From Gammaproteobacteria bacterium (GTDB taxonomy: Bacteria; Pseudomonadota; Gammaproteobacteria; Burkholderiales; Burkholderiaceae_B), in assembly GCA_018815245.1 (NCBI GenBank), contig JAHIXK010000014.1, forward strand, positions 82,508 through 146,507: 64,000 nt of DNA, written 5' to 3'. The position numbers and the translations under genes are program-made. Positions 33,224 through 44,003 of the stretch are shown piece by piece. Below the pieces are notes generated by a model. The model saw only the letters and a program-made list of their open reading frames with translations. It ran no database searches and was not told where the DNA came from. Position 1 is the first letter of the stretch. The number at the start of each line of letters is the position of its first letter.

Positions 33224-33256
33224 AAAAAGGCCCCACAAAAAATGTGAGGCCTTTTT
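33224..33256 (-). terminator. intrinsic terminator of the iron-binding protein gene
   Basis: AAAAAGGCC-C-CAC...GTG-A-GGCCTTTTT. Confidence 0.8.
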
Positions 33257-33289
33257 GATAGTTGCTTGTCAGCAAATTACAGCCTGGAT

Positions 33290-34324
33290 TTACTTGTAGC
33301 CCACACGGTCCATAATTTGTTGGGAAAGCGCGGTGTTGGCAGCCAGTGTTTTTGCAGGGGTTACGTCTTGCTTGAAAGGACCGAGCGAGTCAAGTGCAGG
33401 GTTGCTCACTTTCACGCCGGGTACGGTTGGCCATTCATTGTTGCCGTTGGCAAAGTATTTCTGTGCAGAATCGCTTGCCAGGTATTCAAGAAACTTCACT
33501 GCACTTTCGCGGTTGGGTGCGTACTTGGCCACAGCAGCGCCGGACACGTTCATGTGTGCGCCGTAGTTGCTTTGGTTAGGCCAGATGAAACCCACTTTAG
33601 AAACCACGTCCTTGTCTTCGGCTTTCTCGGAATTCAGCAGGCGAACCCAGTAATAACTGTTGGTCAACGCCACACCACATTCACCGGATGCAACCGCGCG
33701 AATCTGGTCAGTGTCGCCGCCTTTGGGGCTGCGTGCCATGTTGTCAACCACGCCCTTGGCCCAGCTTTCGGCGCCTTTCTCGCCCAAGTGGCTGATCATG
33801 CTGCTCATCAATGACAACATGTAGGGGTGTGAGCCTGTGCGTGTGCACACTTTGCCTTTCAATGCGGGCTTGGCCAGGTCTTCGTAGTTTTGGGCCAGTT
33901 TGGGGTCGATGTTTGCCTTGCTGTACACGATCACGCGGCTGCGTGAAGAAAATGCGTGCCAAAGACCGTTTTCGCCAGTGAACTGCGCTGGAATTTTTTC
34001 GGCCAGAACTTTTGATTTCACGGGTTGAAAAAGATCCTGTTTCTGTGCAGCGGCCAGGCGGGCTGCATCGACCAGCAACACCACGTCGGCGGGGCTGCGA
34101 GCACCTTCACTGCGCATGCGTTCCAGCAGGGCTTCGTCTTGCAGTTCAAGGCGTTTGACTTCAATGCCGGTTTGTTTTGTGAACTCCTGGTACATCAATT
34201 CATCGCCTGCGTAATGGCGGGCAGAATAGATGTTGATGGCGTTGTCTGCGGCCTGTGCTGCAGTGCCGAAACCCAGCGTGCCAGCAACAGACAGAACCAG
34301 CAATTTCTTGAAAGTGTTGCTCAT
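33290..34324 (-). CDS. Fe(3+) ABC transporter periplasmic binding protein (FutA/FbpA-like)
   Basis: Signal peptide, IYSARHY, GGDTDQIRAVA, TNSYY tandem Tyr ligands; ATG at 34324. Confidence 0.88.
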   Translation of the reverse strand: MSNTFKKLLVLSVAGTLGFGTAAQAADNAINIYSARHYAGDELMYQEFTKQTGIEVKRLELQDEALLERMRSEGARSPADVVLLVDAARLAAAQKQDLFQPVKSKVLAEKIPAQFTGENGLWHAFSSRSRVIVYSKANIDPKLAQNYEDLAKPALKGKVCTRTGSHPYMLSLMSSMISHLGEKGAESWAKGVVDNMARSPKGGDTDQIRAVASGECGVALTNSYYWVRLLNSEKAEDKDVVSKVGFIWPNQSNYGAHMNVSGAAVAKYAPNRESAVKFLEYLASDSAQKYFANGNNEWPTVPGVKVSNPALDSLGPFKQDVTPAKTLAANTALSQQIMDRVGYK

Positions 34325-34376
34325 GGTATGTTTACTTTCCTGAAGGTGAGTGATGTGAATTAACCCGATTAGTCTA

Positions 34377-34395
34377 TCAAATAGTAATCGTTTAT
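34377..34395. promoter_or_regulatory. possible Fur box
   Basis: TCAAATAGTAATCGTTTAT; central AATAGTAATCGTT matches 10/13 of AATGATAATCATT; upstream of an iron-uptake gene. Confidence 0.4.
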
Positions 34396-34496
34396 GTAAC
34401 AAGAAGTGTTTTCGTTTAGCAATATTTTTTGGTGAAGTCAGAGTGCCGTAAGCGCGAGTTTCTACATTGGTGCAACTAGAACGAGGAGACAGTGCT

Positions 34497-36410
34497 GTGG
34501 GTGAGCAAATAAAATACCAATCCAGGGGGGCCTATCAAGACCTGTACGATGAATCAATTCGAAACCCAAAGGGTTTCTGGGCTCGTCAGGCTGATTTGAT
34601 CCATTGGCACAAGCCGTTCGATAAGGTGCTGGATGATTCCAAACCACCGTTTGCAGCCTGGTATGTGGGTGGCCAAACCAACCTTTGCTACAACGCGGTG
34701 GATCGTCACCTTGACCAGTTGGGCGACAAGCCGGCGTTAATCTATGTATCCACCGAAGTGGATCAAGAGAAAACCTACACCTTTCGCCAACTTCACCAAG
34801 AGGTGCAAATTGCTGCGGCCATGTTGCAGAAAATGGGGGTGAAGAAGGGCGATCGTGTCTTGATTTACATGCCCATGATTCCCGAAGCCACATTTGCCAT
34901 GTTGGCCTGTGCCCGAATTGGTGCTATTCATTCTGTGGTGTTTGGCGGGTTTGCTTCGCACAGTCTGGCATCGCGAATTGATGACGCCAAACCCAAAGTG
35001 ATTGTGTCGGCCGATGCTGGTTCGCGTGCGGGCAAAGTGGTGGCTTACAAACCGTTGCTGGACGAGGCGATCAATAAGGCAAACCACAAACCCGACAATG
35101 TACTGATGGTGAATCGTGGACTGATTGCCTTTGATCAGGTGCATGGGCGGGATCAGGACTACACCACTTTGCGCAAGGAACTGGCCAACGCCAAAGTGCC
35201 CGTAACCTGGTTGCAGGCCACCGACACCAGTTACATTCTTTACACCAGTGGCACCACGGGCAAGCCCAAGGGTGTTCAGCGCGATGTGGGGGGGTACACG
35301 GTGGCTTTGGCTGCGTCGATGAAATACATTTTCATGGGCGAAGCAGGCAAAACATTTTTCGCCACCAGCGACATTGGCTGGGTGGTCGGCCACAGTTACA
35401 TCGTTTACGGTCCCTTGGTGGCAGGCATGGCCACGGTGATGTATGAAGGTTTGCCCATTCGCCCGGATGCCGGTATTTGGTGGAAGATTGTTCAGGATTA
35501 CAAGGTGTCGGTGCTGTTTTCAGCACCCACGGCTGTGCGCGTGTTGAAGAAGCAAGACCCCGCTTATTTGAGCAAGTACGATTTAAGTTCGCTCAAGGCT
35601 TTGTTCCTTGCTGGCGAGCCGCTGGATGAAACCACCTCACAGTGGATTTCCAGCGCGATTGGCAAACCGATTGTCGACAATTACTGGCAGACCGAGACAG
35701 GCTGGCCAATTCTGGCCGTGCAGCGTGGCATCGAAGAAATGCCCGGCAAGCTGGGTAGCCCTGGTGTGCCTGTGTTTGGTTTTAACGTGAATGTGTTGAG
35801 TGAAGACACCGCACAACCTTGCAAAGTAAATGAGAAAGGCGTGGTGGCCATTGAAGGGCCGCTGCCACCGGGTTGCATGCAAACGGTGTGGGGTGATGAT
35901 GAACGGTTTGTGAAAACCTACTGGTCCAGCTTCAAAACACGGCAGGTGTATTCCACTTTCGATTGGGGCATTCGGGATGAAGACGGTTACTTCTTCATAC
36001 TTGGGCGAACTGACGACGTGATCAATGTGGCCGGGCACCGTTTGGGCACGCGTGAAATTGAAGAGAGCATTTCTTCCCACTCTGCGGTGGCCGAAGTGGC
36101 GGTGGTGGGGGTGGCGGATCAAGTGAAAGGGCAAGTGGCGGTGGCGTTTGCAATTTTGAAATCGATGGATGCGCTGGATGCCGCGCAATCCAAAACGCTG
36201 GAAGCCGAGATCATGAAAGTGGTGGATGGACAGTTGGGGGCGGTGGCCCGACCCGCGCGTGTTTATTTCGTGAATGTGTTGCCCAAAACCCGCTCAGGCA
36301 AACTGTTGCGCAGGTCCATTCAGGCCGTGTGTGAAGGGCGCGATCCCGGGGACATGACCACCATTGAAGACCCGACTGCTTTGGAGCAGATCAAGGCGTC
36401 CATGAATTAA
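34497..36410 (+). CDS. prpE: propionate-CoA ligase
   Basis: GQTNLCYNAVDRH, YTSGTTGKPKG, YWQTETGW, PKTRSGKLLRR; GTG at 34497 after GAGGAG. Confidence 0.88.
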   Translation: MGEQIKYQSRGAYQDLYDESIRNPKGFWARQADLIHWHKPFDKVLDDSKPPFAAWYVGGQTNLCYNAVDRHLDQLGDKPALIYVSTEVDQEKTYTFRQLHQEVQIAAAMLQKMGVKKGDRVLIYMPMIPEATFAMLACARIGAIHSVVFGGFASHSLASRIDDAKPKVIVSADAGSRAGKVVAYKPLLDEAINKANHKPDNVLMVNRGLIAFDQVHGRDQDYTTLRKELANAKVPVTWLQATDTSYILYTSGTTGKPKGVQRDVGGYTVALAASMKYIFMGEAGKTFFATSDIGWVVGHSYIVYGPLVAGMATVMYEGLPIRPDAGIWWKIVQDYKVSVLFSAPTAVRVLKKQDPAYLSKYDLSSLKALFLAGEPLDETTSQWISSAIGKPIVDNYWQTETGWPILAVQRGIEEMPGKLGSPGVPVFGFNVNVLSEDTAQPCKVNEKGVVAIEGPLPPGCMQTVWGDDERFVKTYWSSFKTRQVYSTFDWGIRDEDGYFFILGRTDDVINVAGHRLGTREIEESISSHSAVAEVAVVGVADQVKGQVAVAFAILKSMDALDAAQSKTLEAEIMKVVDGQLGAVARPARVYFVNVLPKTRSGKLLRRSIQAVCEGRDPGDMTTIEDPTALEQIKASMN

Positions 36411-36421
36411 ACTGACGCGGA

Positions 36422-36442
36422 AAGCGGGCTTTGTTCCCGCTT
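36422..36442 (+). terminator. hairpin after prpE (no clear U-tract)
   Basis: AAGCGGG-7nt-CCCGCTT. Confidence 0.4.
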
Positions 36443-36537
36443 GGGTTTAAGCCTGAAAACATGGTTAAATGACTTGTGCCTGTACGGTGTGTGGGCACAA
36501 CGTTGTTTTGGCATGCCTTTTCAGCGAGGGCTACTGA

Positions 36538-37341
36538 GTGGCAATCCATTCCCCTTCATCATTGCCCCCAAGCGGGCCTTCTGCGCGTGAACTTGAAGTG
36601 CTCAAGCTCAGCGTGTTGTTCGACAATCATTTTTTCGAGGGTGTTCCCACGCAGGTTCACTTCACGCAAAATACCGACATGGTGGGCACGTGGATTGACG
36701 AACAGGGCGCAGCCAATTTGAGTGTTGGGCTGGACCGCATCCAGTTCATGTCCAGTGAACAACTGGCATTTTTGATTGCGCACGAGTACGGGCATCTGGT
36801 ACTGAAACACCCGGATAAAACCACAGAGATTCAACAACAGTACGGTGTTAATTCCACGTATGACGAGTTTCTTCTGTCGTTTGACATGAAGCGTGAGTAT
36901 TCAAGGCTGATGCGCGACATGGAACTGCAAGCCGATTTGTTCGGTGCGAAGCTCGTGTTGGGCTTGGGGCATGACCCGGTGTCGGGTGCTTCGTTTTTAC
37001 TGGGCGAAACCAAAAGCATTCAGCACCCGGAAGGTACGTTGCGGATTGCCAAAATCAAGTCGAAACAGAATACGCTTGAAGCCGAGGATTTTTCCGGCAC
37101 CATTGGTGGGTTGGCTTTACAGCTGGGTGATGCAGAGTTGCTGGCTTCACTGATCCCGGCCGAGGGTGTCACGTTTGAAACCACCGATCTAACTGTGAAA
37201 GCAGTTGTTGAATATTGGCCAGCCCCCGTGGGCAGAACCGCCGTTGACACCCTGTACGGATTCGAAGTGTCAGCCCTTTTGACCTTGGCCATACTGGCTT
37301 GTGCGTTACCAAGGTGGTGGCGCAAAGCCAGCGAGGGCTGA
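36538..37341 (+). CDS. M48-family zinc metalloprotease with C-terminal TM anchor
   Basis: QLAFLIAHEYGH (HEXXH) and downstream ELQAD; C-terminal hydrophobic segment followed by RWWRK. Confidence 0.75.
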   Translation: MAIHSPSSLPPSGPSARELEVLKLSVLFDNHFFEGVPTQVHFTQNTDMVGTWIDEQGAANLSVGLDRIQFMSSEQLAFLIAHEYGHLVLKHPDKTTEIQQQYGVNSTYDEFLLSFDMKREYSRLMRDMELQADLFGAKLVLGLGHDPVSGASFLLGETKSIQHPEGTLRIAKIKSKQNTLEAEDFSGTIGGLALQLGDAELLASLIPAEGVTFETTDLTVKAVVEYWPAPVGRTAVDTLYGFEVSALLTLAILACALPRWWRKASEG

Positions 37342-37352
37342 CGTTTTTGTTC

Positions 37353-38873
37353 TTATTCCACGCTGACCGGAATTTTTCCGATCTTCGCTTGCCATTCTTT
37401 TGGCCCGGTGTTGTGCACTGAAATGCCAGTGCTGTCTACCGCAACAGTAACAGGCATGTCCTTGATCTCGAACTCGTAGATTGCTTCCATGCCCAGGTCT
37501 TCAAAGCCAACCACTTTCGCGTTGGTAATCGCCTTGGACACAAGGTAAGCTGCGCCACCCACAGCCATCAGGTAAGCTGATTTGTTGTCGCGAATTGCTT
37601 CAATTGCCACAGGGCCACGTTCGGCCTTGCCGATCATGGCAATCAGTCCGGTTTTCTCAAGCATCATGCGTGTGAATTTGTCCATGCGGGTGGCGGTGGT
37701 GGGGCCTGCAGGGCCTACCGCTTCATCACGAACCGGGTCAACTGGACCCACGTAATAGATCACGCGGTTGGTGAAGTCGACGGGCAGTTTCTCGCCTTTT
37801 TGCAGCATGTCGGCAATGCGTTTGTGGGCTGCATCACGACCTGTCAGCATTTTGCCGTTCAACAACAGGGTTTGGCCTGGTTTCCAGCTGGCCACTTCCT
37901 CGGGGGTAAGTGTGTCCAGGTTCACGCGCTTGCTTTTCTCGGTGTCTGCTGTCCAGCTGACTTGTGGCCAATCTTCAAGATTGGGTACTTGCAGCTTGGC
38001 GGGGCCGTCGCCGTGCAAATGAAAATGCACGTGGCGAGTGGCTGCACAGTTGGGGATCATTGCAACGGGCAATGATGCAGCATGGGTTGGGTAGTCCATG
38101 ATCTTGACATCCAGAACTGTGGTCAGGCCACCCAGGCCTTGTGCGCCAATGCCAAGCGCGTTGACTTTCTCGTAAAGCTCCAGGCGCAATTCCTCGGCCC
38201 TGTTGCTTGGCCCACGCTCGATCAATTCAAAAATGTCGCAAGGTGCCATCAGGCTTTCCTTGGCCATCAACATGGCTTTTTCCGGTGTGCCGCCAATGCC
38301 AATGCCCAGAATACCGGGGGGGCACCAACCTGCGCCCATGGTGGGCAAAGTTTTCAGAACCCAGTCGACGATTGAATCGGAAGGGTTCAACATCACCATT
38401 TTTGCTTTGTTTTCAGAACCGCCACCCTTGGCTGCGCAAATGACTTCCACATCGTCGCCGGGTACAATTTCATAATGGATCACAGCGGGTGTGTTGTCTT
38501 TGCTGTTTCTGCGTGCGCCAGCGGGGTCAAGCAGGATTGATGCGCGCAGTTTGTTGTCCGGGTGCAGGTAGGCGCGACGAACGCCCTCGTTGACCATGTC
38601 TGTAACACTCATGGTCGATTCCCAACGTACATTCATGCCCACTTTCACAAACACCACCGAAATGCCGGTGTCCTGGCAAATCGGGCGCTTGCCTTCGGCA
38701 CACATGCGGCTGTTGGTCAGGATTTGCGCAATCGCGTCTTTTGCAGCTTCACTTTCTTCGCGGTCGTAGGCTTTGCCCAGAGCCTGGATGTAGTCTAGGG
38801 GGTGGTAGTAGGATATGTACTGGAAGGCATCAGCGATGGAGGTGATGAAGTCCTCTTGCTTGATTGTGGTCAT
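37353..38873 (-). CDS. fumA: class I (Fe-S) fumarate hydratase
   Basis: RPICQDTG, AKGGGSENK, GAGWCPP, CAATRH, GPTTATRM. Confidence 0.93.
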   Translation of the reverse strand: MTTIKQEDFITSIADAFQYISYYHPLDYIQALGKAYDREESEAAKDAIAQILTNSRMCAEGKRPICQDTGISVVFVKVGMNVRWESTMSVTDMVNEGVRRAYLHPDNKLRASILLDPAGARRNSKDNTPAVIHYEIVPGDDVEVICAAKGGGSENKAKMVMLNPSDSIVDWVLKTLPTMGAGWCPPGILGIGIGGTPEKAMLMAKESLMAPCDIFELIERGPSNRAEELRLELYEKVNALGIGAQGLGGLTTVLDVKIMDYPTHAASLPVAMIPNCAATRHVHFHLHGDGPAKLQVPNLEDWPQVSWTADTEKSKRVNLDTLTPEEVASWKPGQTLLLNGKMLTGRDAAHKRIADMLQKGEKLPVDFTNRVIYYVGPVDPVRDEAVGPAGPTTATRMDKFTRMMLEKTGLIAMIGKAERGPVAIEAIRDNKSAYLMAVGGAAYLVSKAITNAKVVGFEDLGMEAIYEFEIKDMPVTVAVDSTGISVHNTGPKEWQAKIGKIPVSVE

Positions 38874-38914
38874 GTCAACTGCTCCTGATCGATTGGTGGG
38901 CGTAGCCTGTCATT

Positions 38915-39451
38915 TTAATGTTTTTTGGGCGCGGCAGATTCATTAAGCAGTTTATCGCAGTACGCAATTGCCACAGCCGATAGCAAAAAGATCACATGAA
39001 TTGATGCCTGCGCGATGATGGTTTTTTCATCGTATTGTTCGGCGTTGATGAACGTTTTCAGCAGGTGGATGGAGGAAATACCAATGATCGCCATGGCCAG
39101 CTTCACTTTCAACACGGAGGCGTTCACATGATCAAGCCACTCGGGCTGGTCGGGATGGTTTTCCAGGTGCATGCGGCTTACAAAGGTTTCATAGCCGCCC
39201 ACGATCACCATGATCAACAGGTTGGAAATCATGACCACGTCGATCAGGCCCAGCACCACGAGCATGATGCCGGCTTCATCCAGCGTGTGGTTGGTGGCAC
39301 CAGTGACCAGGTGCCAAAGTTCGATCAGGAAGTGGTAAACGTACACGCCCTGCGCCACAATCAAGCCGAGGTACAGGGGCAGTTGAAGCCATCGGCTCAT
39401 GAAGATGAGGCGGGCGATGGGCGGGGGCGGGAGTTTTTTGTTTTGTTCCAT
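38915..39451 (-). CDS. TIGR00645/UPF0114 (YqhA-like) membrane protein
   Basis: [44 protein letters not shown]. Confidence 0.85.
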   Translation of the reverse strand: MEQNKKLPPPPIARLIFMSRWLQLPLYLGLIVAQGVYVYHFLIELWHLVTGATNHTLDEAGIMLVVLGLIDVVMISNLLIMVIVGGYETFVSRMHLENHPDQPEWLDHVNASVLKVKLAMAIIGISSIHLLKTFINAEQYDEKTIIAQASIHVIFLLSAVAIAYCDKLLNESAAPKKH

Positions 39452-39654
39452 TTTGTGACAAGTGTGCGGTGCAGCATTGGTTAATGGGATCATCGCGCAA
39501 ATCATAGCAGAACAGTGTTGCCTCAGTGTGATGGCTGCTTGGCTGGAACGCGAATTGCTGTGGTGCGCCATGGTGTAAGGTGAGAGTAAGAGCTTTTGCC
39601 TATTGTTTATGCAAACTAAATTAATAGAAAATCAAGTAACTCTTGGAGGACAGG

Positions 39655-41637
39655 ATGTCATCAATCGAATCAGTGTCACACGAAACACGTGTGTTTGAAC
39701 CCAGTGCAGACTGGCAGCGCAGTGCCGCAATCGGGGGTATGGACGCCTACAACGCACTGTGCAAGGAAGCTGAAACAGATTTCGAAGGTTTTTGGTCGCG
39801 TTTGGCCCAGGAAAACCTGCAGTTTGCAAAGGCATACGACAAGGTGTTGGACGAATCCAACCCACCGTTTTACAAATGGTTCACCGGCGGCGAACTAAAC
39901 GTTTCAGCAAATTGCCTGGACAAGAATGTGGACGCCGGTTTGGGCGACAAGGTGGCCCTGATTTTCGAAGCCGACGGCGGCGAAGTAACCAAGGTGACCT
40001 ACAAGGAACTGCTGGGCAAGGTAAGCCGCATTGCCAACGGTCTGAAAAGCCTGGGCGTGAAAAAAGGTGACCGGGTTGTAATTTACATGCCCATGAGCGT
40101 TGAAGGTGTTGCGGCCATGCAGGCCTGTGCGCGCATTGGCGCAACGCATTCGGTGGTGTTCGGTGGTTTTTCAGCCAAGGCCTTGCAGGATCGCATTGTG
40201 GACACTGGCGCCGTTGCCGTGTTCACCGCTGACCAGCAGGTGCGTGGCGGCAAACAGTTGCCCCTGAAAGCCATTGTGGACGAAGCATTGAGCCTGGGTG
40301 GCTGCGAAGCCGTGAAGAATGTCATTGTGTACAAGCGCACCGGTGCCGATGTGGGCATGCAGGCTGGCCGTGATATCTACATGCACGACCTTTCTGAAAA
40401 GCAAAGTGATGTGTGCGCACCGGAAATGGTGGATTCCGAGCATCCGCTGTTCATTCTTTACACATCCGGTTCTACAGGCAAGCCCAAGGGCGTGCAGCAC
40501 AGTTCTGCAGGTTATTTGCTGTGGGCCGCATTGACCATGAAGTGGACGTTTGATATCAAGCCCAGCGATGTGTTCTGGTGTACGGCCGACATTGGCTGGA
40601 TTACCGGGCACACCTACATTACCTATGGCCCATTGGCTGTGGGTGCCACACAGATTGTGTTTGAGGGCGTGCCCACTTACCCGAATGCGGGCCGCTTCTG
40701 GGAAATGATTCAGCGCCACAGCGCGACAATTTTCTACACTGCACCTACGGCCATTCGGTCTTTGATCAAAGCCTGCGAGTCCAATGAGAAAGTGCATCCA
40801 AAAAGCTATGACCTTTCAAGCCTGCGCTTGATGGGTTCTGTCGGCGAGCCGATCAACCCCGAAGCGTGGATGTGGTACTACAAGAACGTGGGTGGCGAGA
40901 AGTGCCCAATCGTGGACACCTTCTGGCAAACCGAAACGGGCGGGCACATGATTACGCCTTTGCCCGGTGCCACACCCTTGGTGCCCGGTTCATGCACATT
41001 GCCACTGCCCGGCATTATGGCGGCCGTGGTGGATGAGGTGGGTGGTGATTTGCCCAATGGCCAAGGTGGTATTTTGGTGGTGAAGCGCCCATGGCCTGCC
41101 ATGATTCGTACCATTTGGGGCGACCCCGAGCGGTTCAAGAAAAGCTACTTCCCTGAAGAGCTGGGCGGCAAATTATATTTGGCCGGCGATGGCGCAGTGC
41201 GCGATAAAACCAGCGGCAACTTCACCATCATGGGCCGAATCGATGATGTGTTGAACGTATCGGGTCACCGCATGGGCACCATGGAAATTGAAAGTTCACT
41301 GGTGGCCAATGAATTGGTGGCTGAAGCTGCCGTGGTGGGCCGCCCCGATGATTTGACCGGCGAAGCAATTGTGGCCTTCGTGGTGTTGAAAGGCGATCGC
41401 CCGACCGGTGAAGCTGGCCAGAAACTGGCGATGGATTTGCGCAACTGGGTGGGCAAGGACATTGGCCCGATAGCCAAGCCCAAAGAAATCCGGTTCGGTG
41501 ACAACCTGCCCAAAACACGTTCAGGCAAAATCATGCGTCGCTTGCTGCGCAGCCTGGCCAAGGGTGAGCAGATTACACAAGACACGTCCACACTGGAGAA
41601 TCCGGCCATTCTGGATCAACTGGGCAAGCCCAACTGA
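39655..41637 (+). CDS. acs: acetate-CoA ligase
   Basis: [35 protein letters not shown]; ATG at 39655 after GGAGG. Confidence 0.96.
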   Translation: MSSIESVSHETRVFEPSADWQRSAAIGGMDAYNALCKEAETDFEGFWSRLAQENLQFAKAYDKVLDESNPPFYKWFTGGELNVSANCLDKNVDAGLGDKVALIFEADGGEVTKVTYKELLGKVSRIANGLKSLGVKKGDRVVIYMPMSVEGVAAMQACARIGATHSVVFGGFSAKALQDRIVDTGAVAVFTADQQVRGGKQLPLKAIVDEALSLGGCEAVKNVIVYKRTGADVGMQAGRDIYMHDLSEKQSDVCAPEMVDSEHPLFILYTSGSTGKPKGVQHSSAGYLLWAALTMKWTFDIKPSDVFWCTADIGWITGHTYITYGPLAVGATQIVFEGVPTYPNAGRFWEMIQRHSATIFYTAPTAIRSLIKACESNEKVHPKSYDLSSLRLMGSVGEPINPEAWMWYYKNVGGEKCPIVDTFWQTETGGHMITPLPGATPLVPGSCTLPLPGIMAAVVDEVGGDLPNGQGGILVVKRPWPAMIRTIWGDPERFKKSYFPEELGGKLYLAGDGAVRDKTSGNFTIMGRIDDVLNVSGHRMGTMEIESSLVANELVAEAAVVGRPDDLTGEAIVAFVVLKGDRPTGEAGQKLAMDLRNWVGKDIGPIAKPKEIRFGDNLPKTRSGKIMRRLLRSLAKGEQITQDTSTLENPAILDQLGKPN

Positions 41638-41682
41638 TTGGCCCGGCCTTCTCCGTGAACGGGGATGTGTTTGGATGTTTAG

Positions 41683-41716
41683 AAACCAGTTCCACTTCGG
41701 TGGACTGGTTTTTTTC
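41683..41716 (+). terminator. intrinsic terminator after acs
   Basis: AAACCAGT(T)CCAC-TTCG-GTGGACTGGTTTTTTT. Confidence 0.88.
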
Positions 41717-41749
41717 GTTTCGCAGGTTTGACAATTCTGGAGTTGGTGC

Positions 41750-43804
41750 ATGAGTTTTACGCTAAGCCTGACCCGGTTTTTCTCGGTGCTTACCTTTGGC
41801 TTTTTGGTGTGCATTGCGGGTGCCGCCATTATGGAAGACTACGGCATTGGCCGCCAATGGATTGGTTACTTCTTTATCTTTGTAACCCTTGGTGCCTACG
41901 CTGTAATTGGCTTGCTCAGCCGCACTTCTGACATGCATGAATACTTTGTGGCCTCGCGCACTGTGCCTGCGGTGTACAACGGCATGGCCACTGCGGCAGA
42001 CTGGATGAGTGCGGCGTCATTCCTTGGGGTTGCGGGCACTTTGTTTTACAGTGGCTTCGAGGCGCTCGCCCTGCTGGTTGGCTGGACAGGTGGCTTTGTG
42101 TTGATCGCCTTGTTGATTGCGCCTTACCTGCGCAAATTTGCGTTTTTCTCGGTGGGCGATTTTCTGGCTGCGCGGTATGCCGGTGGCGACAAGGGCAGGG
42201 CGGTGCGCCTGATCTGCGTGTTGGTCACCGTGAGTATTTCTTTTGTGTACGTAATTGCCCAAATTTATGCGGTGGGTTTAATTACCTCGCGCTTTGCCGG
42301 TGTTGAATTTGGCATTGGTGTTTTTTTTGGCCTTGCCGGTATTTTGGTGTGCTCGTTTCTTGGTGGCATGCGCGCGGTAACCTGGACTGCTGTTGCACAG
42401 TACATTGTCATGATTGTGGCGATGATGGTGAGCGTGGTCGCCTTGATTGGTTTTACCGGAAAGGGCAGCAGCGAGCGTTTTGTAGACGGTGGACCCACCA
42501 GTTTTCCAGAATACGTGCGCGCGCAGGAACGAAAATTTTTCTCAGACCCAGCCGAAGCCGAGGTGCGCAGTGTTTATTTGCGCGAGGCGGACCGCTACCA
42601 ATTGTTGATCGACACCTTGCCTTCCTCTTGGGCCGAGGGCTATGAAGCGCGGCGCAAGAACCTGGAGTTGGCCCGTTACGATGGCTCCACGTTTCAGGAA
42701 ATCAAAGCGGCGGAGAGGGTATTAACCAGTTTCCCCAAAGACCCTCAAGATGCGAAGCGCAAATGGAGTCAGGAAAAGCAGCGATACCTGGACAAAGTCA
42801 AAGCCAGTGTGCCGCATTTTGGTTCGATACAAGACGATTCGGGGCTATCAAATTCCAGGGCTTTGGTGAGTTTTCTCGCCGTGGCCTTTACCTTGATGTG
42901 CGGCACAGTGGCCTTGCCCCACATTATCATGCGGTTTTACACCACCCCGAGTGCGTCGCAAACCCGGTGGTCGGTTGTGGTTGCATTGGGCTGTATTTTG
43001 GTGATTTATTTGGCCTCGCCCTGGCTTAGCGTAATTGCCAAAGTGGTGGTGTACGAAAACCTGGTGGGTTTGAGTTACAACGAGATTCCAAACTGGATTG
43101 CAGCGTGGTCGCGCGTAACACCGGGCCTGGCCACCTTGCAGGACGTGAATCAGGACGGCGTGGTTCAGTTTGCGGAAATTGGCCTGAGCCCGGATATTCT
43201 GGTGCTGATTACACCTGAAATTGCAGGCATGCCATTTTTTCTCTCGGGACTGATTGCGGCTGGGGGCCTGGCTGCCGCATTGTCTACGGCCGATGGCCTG
43301 TTGCTGGCCATTGCCGGTAGTTTGTCGCATGACCTGTATTACCGGGTGCTTGACCCGGAAGCCACTGCGCAGCGGCGGGTCACCATGTCGAAAATTGCGT
43401 TGCTGAGTGCCGCCCTGATGGCTGCGTGGATTACCAGCATGCAACCCGGCAACATTGTGGTGCTGGTGGGCTCCGCATTCGCATTGGCAGCGTCTAGCTT
43501 GTTTGTGCCGCTTGTGGCGGGTATTTTCTGGAGCGGTGCCACACGACGTGGCGCCCTGTGGGCCATGGGCACGGGTTTTTTAAGCTCGAGTTTGTGTTTG
43601 GCACTGACCAATTCTTCTTTCATGGCCATGTTCAATCTGGATGCGGTGCAAATTGGTGGTTTAAGTGGTGTGGCCAGTGGCGTATTCACCATCCCGCTAA
43701 GCGCACTGGCCATGGTGGTGGCTTCCTTGGCTGGCGGGCGCAAAGACGAGGCACCGGCCGTAATGCGGGTGTTGCGCTTGCCTGAATCTGAAGGAAATGT
43801 TTGA
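41750..43804 (+). CDS. sodium:solute symporter, ActP/VC_2705-like carboxylate permease
   Basis: NGMATAADWMSAASFLG, GWTGG, GGMRAVTWT, LPHIIMRFYT, AAALSTADGLL; large soluble insert. Confidence 0.88.
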   Translation: MSFTLSLTRFFSVLTFGFLVCIAGAAIMEDYGIGRQWIGYFFIFVTLGAYAVIGLLSRTSDMHEYFVASRTVPAVYNGMATAADWMSAASFLGVAGTLFYSGFEALALLVGWTGGFVLIALLIAPYLRKFAFFSVGDFLAARYAGGDKGRAVRLICVLVTVSISFVYVIAQIYAVGLITSRFAGVEFGIGVFFGLAGILVCSFLGGMRAVTWTAVAQYIVMIVAMMVSVVALIGFTGKGSSERFVDGGPTSFPEYVRAQERKFFSDPAEAEVRSVYLREADRYQLLIDTLPSSWAEGYEARRKNLELARYDGSTFQEIKAAERVLTSFPKDPQDAKRKWSQEKQRYLDKVKASVPHFGSIQDDSGLSNSRALVSFLAVAFTLMCGTVALPHIIMRFYTTPSASQTRWSVVVALGCILVIYLASPWLSVIAKVVVYENLVGLSYNEIPNWIAAWSRVTPGLATLQDVNQDGVVQFAEIGLSPDILVLITPEIAGMPFFLSGLIAAGGLAAALSTADGLLLAIAGSLSHDLYYRVLDPEATAQRRVTMSKIALLSAALMAAWITSMQPGNIVVLVGSAFALAASSLFVPLVAGIFWSGATRRGALWAMGTGFLSSSLCLALTNSSFMAMFNLDAVQIGGLSGVASGVFTIPLSALAMVVASLAGGRKDEAPAVMRVLRLPESEGNV

Positions 43805-43864
43805 TGCCGTGAGAATGCACTGGATACCCTAGGGGATTCTTTGCTATACTCTCGCGCTTACCGC

Positions 43865-43955
43865 GGAGAGATGGATGAGTGGTTTAAGTCGCACGCCTGG
43901 AAAGCGTGTATAGGTTAATAGCCTATCGGGGGTTCGAATCCCCCTCTCTCCGCCA
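43865..43955 (+). tRNA. tRNA-Ser (anticodon GGA)
   Basis: GGAGAGA/TCTCTCC acceptor stem, G discriminator + CCA, CACGC-CTGGAAA-GCGTG anticodon arm, long variable arm, GGGGG-TTCGAAT-CCCCC T arm. Confidence 0.98.
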
Positions 43956-43963
43956 AAAATTAC

Positions 43964-43995
43964 AAAAAGCCCTAAACCAAGTTTAGGGCTTTTTT
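43964..43995. terminator. intrinsic terminator after tRNA-Ser
   Basis: Perfect 14-bp stem AAAAAGCCCTAAAC-CAA-GTTTAGGGCTTTTT. Confidence 0.9.
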
Positions 43996-44003
43996 CATTT
44001 CAA

